DNA from: a virus
Length of the DNA stretch: 64,000 nucleotides
Reading direction: 5' to 3' (one strand)
Virus genome (UHGV): UHGV-1455077
Shown here: positions 59,410 to 64,000 of the stretch, one piece after another
How the letters are laid out: every line of letters begins with the position of its first letter
How positions within the stretch are numbered: the first letter of the stretch is position 1
Translations under genes and position numbers: made by a program
Notes under the pieces: generated by a model
Seen by the model: only the letters and a program-made list of their open reading frames with translations
Databases searched by the model: none
Told to the model about the DNA's origin: nothing

Positions 59410-59454
59410 TAATTCTTATAGTAAATAATTTTATATTATTACATAGGAGATATT

Positions 59455-60279
59455 ATGAAAACTTTAATTGTTTACCCAACTTTTTTATGCCCTTATTCTT
59501 GTGCATTTTGTCTTACTAAAGATAAAAACTCATTAAATGAATTTTTAGATATTTTTAAATTAAGAGATTTTTTAGAAAAGAATGCATCAAAATTTGATAA
59601 AATTAAAATTTCTGGCGGTGAACCAATGTCAATCAATTATGATTATTTTAATGAATTGGTTGATACTTTAAAAGAATTTAATACAAACATTGTCGTATCA
59701 TCATATCCTGTTGAATTAAAAAATTATCGTGATGATATTGAATATGAATTTTCATATGATTTTTTAGCTAGACCTCGTGCATTAGAAGTTTGGGAAAATC
59801 TTTTGAATTTTCCTAAAAAATTTGATGTAAAAGTTTTAGTATCTCCTCAAATTTTAAAAACATTTCACCCAAATGTAATATTAAATAAATTGTCAATATT
59901 ACCAAACATTAATACTGTTGAATTTAAAGAATATTATAGAAATGAAACAACTATGTGGAATTTAAATAGTTTAGTATATGATAAATTTATTAAATTAGTG
60001 TTATCATCTCAATTAAATGTTCCATTTATTAACTTAAATAAAGAAAAAATGAGATTTTTAAATGGTAAAACCTCTAAAGCCAATGAATCTTTTTTTGAAG
60101 AAGAATATTGTTTATTACCTGATAATAAATTATATGTTCAACAGTTCAATGAAAACGATATTTCTTATTTTAAAGAAATAAATGAAAATGATATTGGTTT
60201 AGAAAAAGTTAATTATCCAGAAGAATATAATTTTTATTCTAAAAATTTAAGACAATGGAGTCTTAATAATGACATCTAA
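59455..60279 (+). CDS. radical SAM enzyme, QueE-like (7-carboxy-7-deazaguanine synthase family) / activase-like
   Basis: 274 aa; CxxxCxxC cluster CPYSCAFC (compare B. subtilis QueE CDYSCSWC) and SAM-binding ISGGEP. Confidence 0.65.
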   Translation: MKTLIVYPTFLCPYSCAFCLTKDKNSLNEFLDIFKLRDFLEKNASKFDKIKISGGEPMSINYDYFNELVDTLKEFNTNIVVSSYPVELKNYRDDIEYEFSYDFLARPRALEVWENLLNFPKKFDVKVLVSPQILKTFHPNVILNKLSILPNINTVEFKEYYRNETTMWNLNSLVYDKFIKLVLSSQLNVPFINLNKEKMRFLNGKTSKANESFFEEEYCLLPDNKLYVQQFNENDISYFKEINENDIGLEKVNYPEEYNFYSKNLRQWSLNNDI

Positions 60280-61015
60280 TAAAGCAAAATTAGTTAATGC
60301 TCCCTTAAACATTAACGATATGGATGAAGACTTAGAATCAAAAACTGTTTATGTATTTGATTATTCTAAGTCTTCATTACAAGGTTTAGATTTTTTAAAT
60401 TACATTAAAAATACAAGTGTTGTGTCAGATATTTTTATTTCTGCCGATGTGCCAACATTTACAAAAAATACATTATTAGAATCCTATATGAAATCATCAA
60501 CATTTTATCATATAACTTCATTTAATTTAACAATATTAAATATGATTTATATTATAAAAAAATCTAAAAAAAGAATAACTTGTACATTTTTTTCAGAAGA
60601 AGAATCTAATCAATTTATTAATACACATTCAGACTTACTAAATGAATGGATAAACGTGTATGATTCATTATTTGCTTATATGTTAATTTTATCTTCTATG
60701 GATAAAAATGATATTTTTAATAATGATAAAATTCGTTCTTTTTATGATGCTGATAAAATGAATAACAATTCATCATTATCTCCAAATGTTATGTCTTTAC
60801 TTCTTGATGATGTATTTTATTACTATTATGAAGATGGTATTAATCGTTCAAATGTATCATACTATAAAAAATATTTTGAAGAAAAATTATATGACAATAA
60901 ATCATTACAAATGATTTTATTAAATGATGCTAATTTTATTTTTAAAATATTATATGATATGGTTCATAATGATGAATTTAGTAAATATTTAGAAAATCAT
61001 CCAAATCTAAAATAA
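60269..61015 (+). CDS. hypothetical protein translationally coupled to radical SAM gene
   Basis: 248 aa; 11-nt overlap with upstream gene. Confidence 0.45.
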   Translation: MTSNKAKLVNAPLNINDMDEDLESKTVYVFDYSKSSLQGLDFLNYIKNTSVVSDIFISADVPTFTKNTLLESYMKSSTFYHITSFNLTILNMIYIIKKSKKRITCTFFSEEESNQFINTHSDLLNEWINVYDSLFAYMLILSSMDKNDIFNNDKIRSFYDADKMNNNSSLSPNVMSLLLDDVFYYYYEDGINRSNVSYYKKYFEEKLYDNKSLQMILLNDANFIFKILYDMVHNDEFSKYLENHPNLK

Positions 61016-62422
61016 ACTTAATACCGAGTCCATAGATATATTTGTTGTATTAGTAATTTTTCCAATAATTGAAGATGGGTCATCAACCACTTTTAGAATA
61101 TATTTGCCTTTATCTTCCGACTCATTGTAATTTTCTATGGTTTTTTGTACTTGTAATACAAAATTTGTTTCATCTGCAAAACCTAATTTACGAGCTGTAT
61201 CAAGTAATTGAGATTTAAATTTATCCCAACGTTCTTCACTTGGAGCATCTAAAATACCTTTAATAAATGATACTGCGTTTTCAACAGTAAATTGAACGCC
61301 TTCTTTATATCTTTTATTTAAAAATGTTGCCATATTACCAGTAATTGATGAATTTATCATTGCTTTAAGATATGATTTACTTTCTTCACTTCCAAAAGTT
61401 GTTGTATAAGGTTCAACATCTAATAAATCATTTGTTATTCCTTCAAATTTAAAAGTAATATTAATTTCATTTGGTGCCCAACTACCAATTTTTCCTGTAC
61501 CAAAATCTATTGATGTAATTTTTGGATTCATATATGTATAAACCATCATTTTATCCATATACATTTCAATAACAGATATTTTATCAATGAAATTAAAATA
61601 ACTATCTAAATTCCATCCCCAATGAGTTGGGTCAGTATCAAATTTATGTAATAATATTTCCTTATTATAATCATTATAATCTTTACATAAAAATGTATCG
61701 TTAATTACTTTTAAATACGCAAAGAAAAATTGCTGAACTGGATTTTCTTTAACATCATAAAAAGAAATATTTAAATCACCATATGATAATTTTTCATTAA
61801 CTAAACGTGGACGATTATATTCATTAAATTGTTTAACTTCTATATCAATTTTTGGTTTACTAACTGTTTTAACAAATTTTGATAATTCAAATGATAATTG
61901 CTTTAATAAAAATTTATCAGGTAAATAATCTGCATTTGTTTCGGCATCAACATCTGCATTAAGACCTAATGCTCCACTAACCGCATCAGTAACTCCTTTT
62001 TTTAAATTTGAAAGAGAATTAGAAACTGATGAAATCGTATCAGATATACTATCTGATATTGTATCAAAAAATCCTTTATTCTTGCTTTCAGAAACAGAAT
62101 TTTGATAAGATTCAGATGCATCAGTTGAAGATTGTTGTGCAGAAAGTCTTGTTAAGTATTCAATTAATGATTTTTTTTGATTTATTAATGTTTGAATATT
62201 TGGATTTAATGAAAAATAAACAAAAAACATTGTTTCTGGTTTTGGTAAATTTGGAATTGGTGCTTTTGTTTGATATTTCTTTTGACCTTCCAAATTTGTA
62301 TATTCTGGAACAAAATCTTGACCATAAACGGTGCTGATATAATCAACACCACTTACTGCTTTTACAACGTTTGAATTATATAATTTATTAGTAACACCAC
62401 TAATTAATGATTCTATTCCCAT
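61007..62422 (-). CDS. putative structural protein
   Basis: 471 aa; late motif 26 nt upstream. Confidence 0.45.
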   Translation of the reverse strand: MGIESLISGVTNKLYNSNVVKAVSGVDYISTVYGQDFVPEYTNLEGQKKYQTKAPIPNLPKPETMFFVYFSLNPNIQTLINQKKSLIEYLTRLSAQQSSTDASESYQNSVSESKNKGFFDTISDSISDTISSVSNSLSNLKKGVTDAVSGALGLNADVDAETNADYLPDKFLLKQLSFELSKFVKTVSKPKIDIEVKQFNEYNRPRLVNEKLSYGDLNISFYDVKENPVQQFFFAYLKVINDTFLCKDYNDYNKEILLHKFDTDPTHWGWNLDSYFNFIDKISVIEMYMDKMMVYTYMNPKITSIDFGTGKIGSWAPNEINITFKFEGITNDLLDVEPYTTTFGSEESKSYLKAMINSSITGNMATFLNKRYKEGVQFTVENAVSFIKGILDAPSEERWDKFKSQLLDTARKLGFADETNFVLQVQKTIENYNESEDKGKYILKVVDDPSSIIGKITNTTNISMDSVLSLF

Positions 62423-62444
62423 AAATAAATCTCCATTTTCTATT

Positions 62445-62456
62445 ATAAATATTTAT
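62445..62456. promoter_or_regulatory. palindromic ATAAATATTTAT: late-promoter-like motif readable on both strands
   Basis: 26 nt from minus-strand start 62422 and 39 nt from plus-strand start 62492. Confidence 0.4.
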
Positions 62457-62491
62457 GTATTTTATATAAACTATATTTTTAAGGATAATTT

Positions 62492-62977
62492 ATGGCAAAT
62501 AAGAAGAAACTTGATGATGAATTTAATATTCTTACATCTTCAGAAATTAAACAAGCAAACGATATTGCCGCCGCATTAAGTGTTATCAATAAAGAAAATA
62601 TTGTAACAGAAATTGAACCAATGGAAATTAAAAAATTTATTGTTCAGCAAAATGAAAATATTAAAGATTTATCAAAATTATCATTAGAAGAAAAAACCGA
62701 AGTTGAATTAGACACAATTGCTAATCAAGCTGACCAAGCATTTGTTGATTTAATGGATATAGCATTAAATACTCAAGGTAAAGCCTGTGGAGATATTGCT
62801 TCTGCCGCTAATAATTTTTTAACAATTAAATTAAATTCTAAATTAGCAAAATTAGATGCTAAAATGAAAAAACTTAATTATGATTTAAATAAACAAAAAT
62901 TTGAAGCAAGTTTAAATAAACACAATGACGATGAAGACGATGATGAAGATGATGGTATTCAAATTATAAATGTTTAA
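62492..62977 (+). CDS. coiled-coil protein with poly-acidic C-terminus
   Basis: 161 aa; ends NDDEDDDEDDGIQIINV. Confidence 0.45.
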   Translation: MANKKKLDDEFNILTSSEIKQANDIAAALSVINKENIVTEIEPMEIKKFIVQQNENIKDLSKLSLEEKTEVELDTIANQADQAFVDLMDIALNTQGKACGDIASAANNFLTIKLNSKLAKLDAKMKKLNYDLNKQKFEASLNKHNDDEDDDEDDGIQIINV

Positions 62978-63000
62978 AGGTGTCGAAAACGACACCTTTA
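62977..63000. terminator. palindromic hairpin (weak terminator)
   Basis: aaaggtgtcgaaaacgacaccttt. Confidence 0.4.
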
Positions 63001-63003
63001 AAC

Positions 63004-63987
63004 TTAATTTTCCATTATTTCATAATTATCAGAATTTTCTTCAATATCTTCTGACTCATCAACAATTTCATTTCCGTCATCATCATATAATATATTTTTA
63101 AATTCTTCTTCTAACTGCTCATTAAATGTTGGATTATATCCAATTTCTTGCATCAATTTAGATTTTATTCTTCGTTGTGTTTTTTCAGAATTTAATGTAG
63201 CTGTAAATTTATTTGATGCCACTTGTGTTAAATATGAAAATACATTATTAGATTTTGATTCCTCAAATTTTAATGCCACATCGCATAAATGAACCAATGC
63301 AGAGCCTTTCATATCATCTAAATATGTATATCCAGACCAATTTCCTGATTTTGCAAATTGGTCAACCAGCATAATAATCATATATACTAAGCCATCACTC
63401 AAACGTCCTTGAGATATATCAAAATGACCGCTTTCAATAGTATCTCCTTTCCAATGTGACCTTAAAACTTCTTTAGCATCTTTTAAAATATCTGTTGAAA
63501 ATGTTTCAGATAATTTTTTAATTTCATTTGTTAAATTTTCAATGTTTTCTTTACATAATTTATTATTTTCTTTAAACGGTATTTGTTTATCTTTTGTTTG
63601 TTGATTTAATCTTATATTCCGATTATTATCCTTAATTTTTTCTTTTAAATTTGAAATTTTTAAATTTAATTCATCAATTTTATTCAAATTACTTCCAAAA
63701 TTTTCAAAAGTTTTTTCAAAATCATCTTTATCAATTAAAAAATGTTTAAATGGCGACATTTTAAGTTCTTGTAAATTAACTTTACCATTCTTACAATATG
63801 GTAAAACGTGTTCATTCGTCATCACTCTAATTATAATATATGAACTATTTGGATTTTTCTTGAAAAAATCATTCATAATATTCGGCGTAATTAAATTATA
63901 ATCCTCACATATAATATCATATTGTCCATATTCAGGTTTTTCATAACAACAATATGTTAATTTTGATTTATGTACTTCTTCCAGCAA
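63004..63987 (-). CDS. late sigma factor, T4 gp55-like, with about 170-aa N-terminal extension (5-prime end may lie beyond window)
   Basis: C-terminal half GLVYMIIMLVDQFAKSGNWSGYTYLDDMKGSALVHLCDVALKFEESKSNNVFSYLTQVASNKFTATLNSEKTQ parallels T4 gp55 [73 protein letters not shown]. Confidence 0.55.
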   Translation of the reverse strand: MLEEVHKSKLTYCCYEKPEYGQYDIICEDYNLITPNIMNDFFKKNPNSSYIIIRVMTNEHVLPYCKNGKVNLQELKMSPFKHFLIDKDDFEKTFENFGSNLNKIDELNLKISNLKEKIKDNNRNIRLNQQTKDKQIPFKENNKLCKENIENLTNEIKKLSETFSTDILKDAKEVLRSHWKGDTIESGHFDISQGRLSDGLVYMIIMLVDQFAKSGNWSGYTYLDDMKGSALVHLCDVALKFEESKSNNVFSYLTQVASNKFTATLNSEKTQRRIKSKLMQEIGYNPTFNEQLEEEFKNILYDDDGNEIVDESEDIEENSDNYEIMEN

Positions 63988-64000
63988 ATTGGAATTTTTT

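Noticed and set aside
1-64000. tRNA or other structured RNA genes
   Set aside because: Scanned intergenic regions for GC-rich cloverleaf-sized segments and T-loop GTTCGAA-type motifs; none found; only terminator hairpins and the small stem-loop 7722..7750 (atgccttta...taaaggcat) of unknown role

Overview
This window is an AT-rich (roughly 28% GC) segment of a T4-like (Tevenvirinae/Straboviridae-related) myophage genome with no bacterial chromosomal backbone. Genes are densely packed and separated by many strong rho-independent terminators.

Recognisable core genes:
- Head morphogenesis module on the minus strand: gp23-like major capsid protein (35415..36620), gp22-like scaffold (36644..37903), gp21-like prohead protease (37926..38606), acidic prohead-core-like protein (38622..39665) and gp20-like portal (40984..42774).
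- Structural genes around it: a tape-measure-like 717-aa protein, a 2454-aa giant structural protein, a 928-aa and a 471-aa structural candidate, a gp19-like tail tube candidate, and a 1014-aa tail spike with a pectate-lyase-type beta-helix.
- Replication module: gp61-like primase (16870..17871) and gp41/DnaB-like helicase (20087..21436), separated by small early genes.
- A gp55-like late sigma factor with a long N-terminal extension at the window end.
- A phage-encoded groES-groEL operon (11146..13143) and a peptidase M15 endolysin (10211..10672).

Accessory genes: a LuxR/NarL-type regulator with an atypical receiver; a GreA-like factor; a thioredoxin; a DEDDh-exonuclease-like protein with a degenerate motif I; an HD-domain protein; an early-promoter-driven BCS1-like AAA+ ATPase plus HNH endonuclease operon immediately downstream of the capsid gene; and a three-gene plus-strand cassette (58882..61015) containing a QueE-like radical SAM enzyme behind a triplicated late-promoter element.

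Regulatory signals visible in the sequence:
- A recurring T4-late-promoter-like motif (AATAAATAT / TATAAATA) lies 22-44 nt upstream of many start codons, about 25-29 nt at the cleanest sites.
- Several sigma70-like TTGACA-N16/17-TATATT early promoters drive small moron genes embedded inside the late region.
- Two virion proteins, the portal and a small neighbour, end in GroEL-like Gly-Gly-Met tails, while the phage GroEL itself lacks that tail.

No tRNA, rRNA, CRISPR array or transposase was found.
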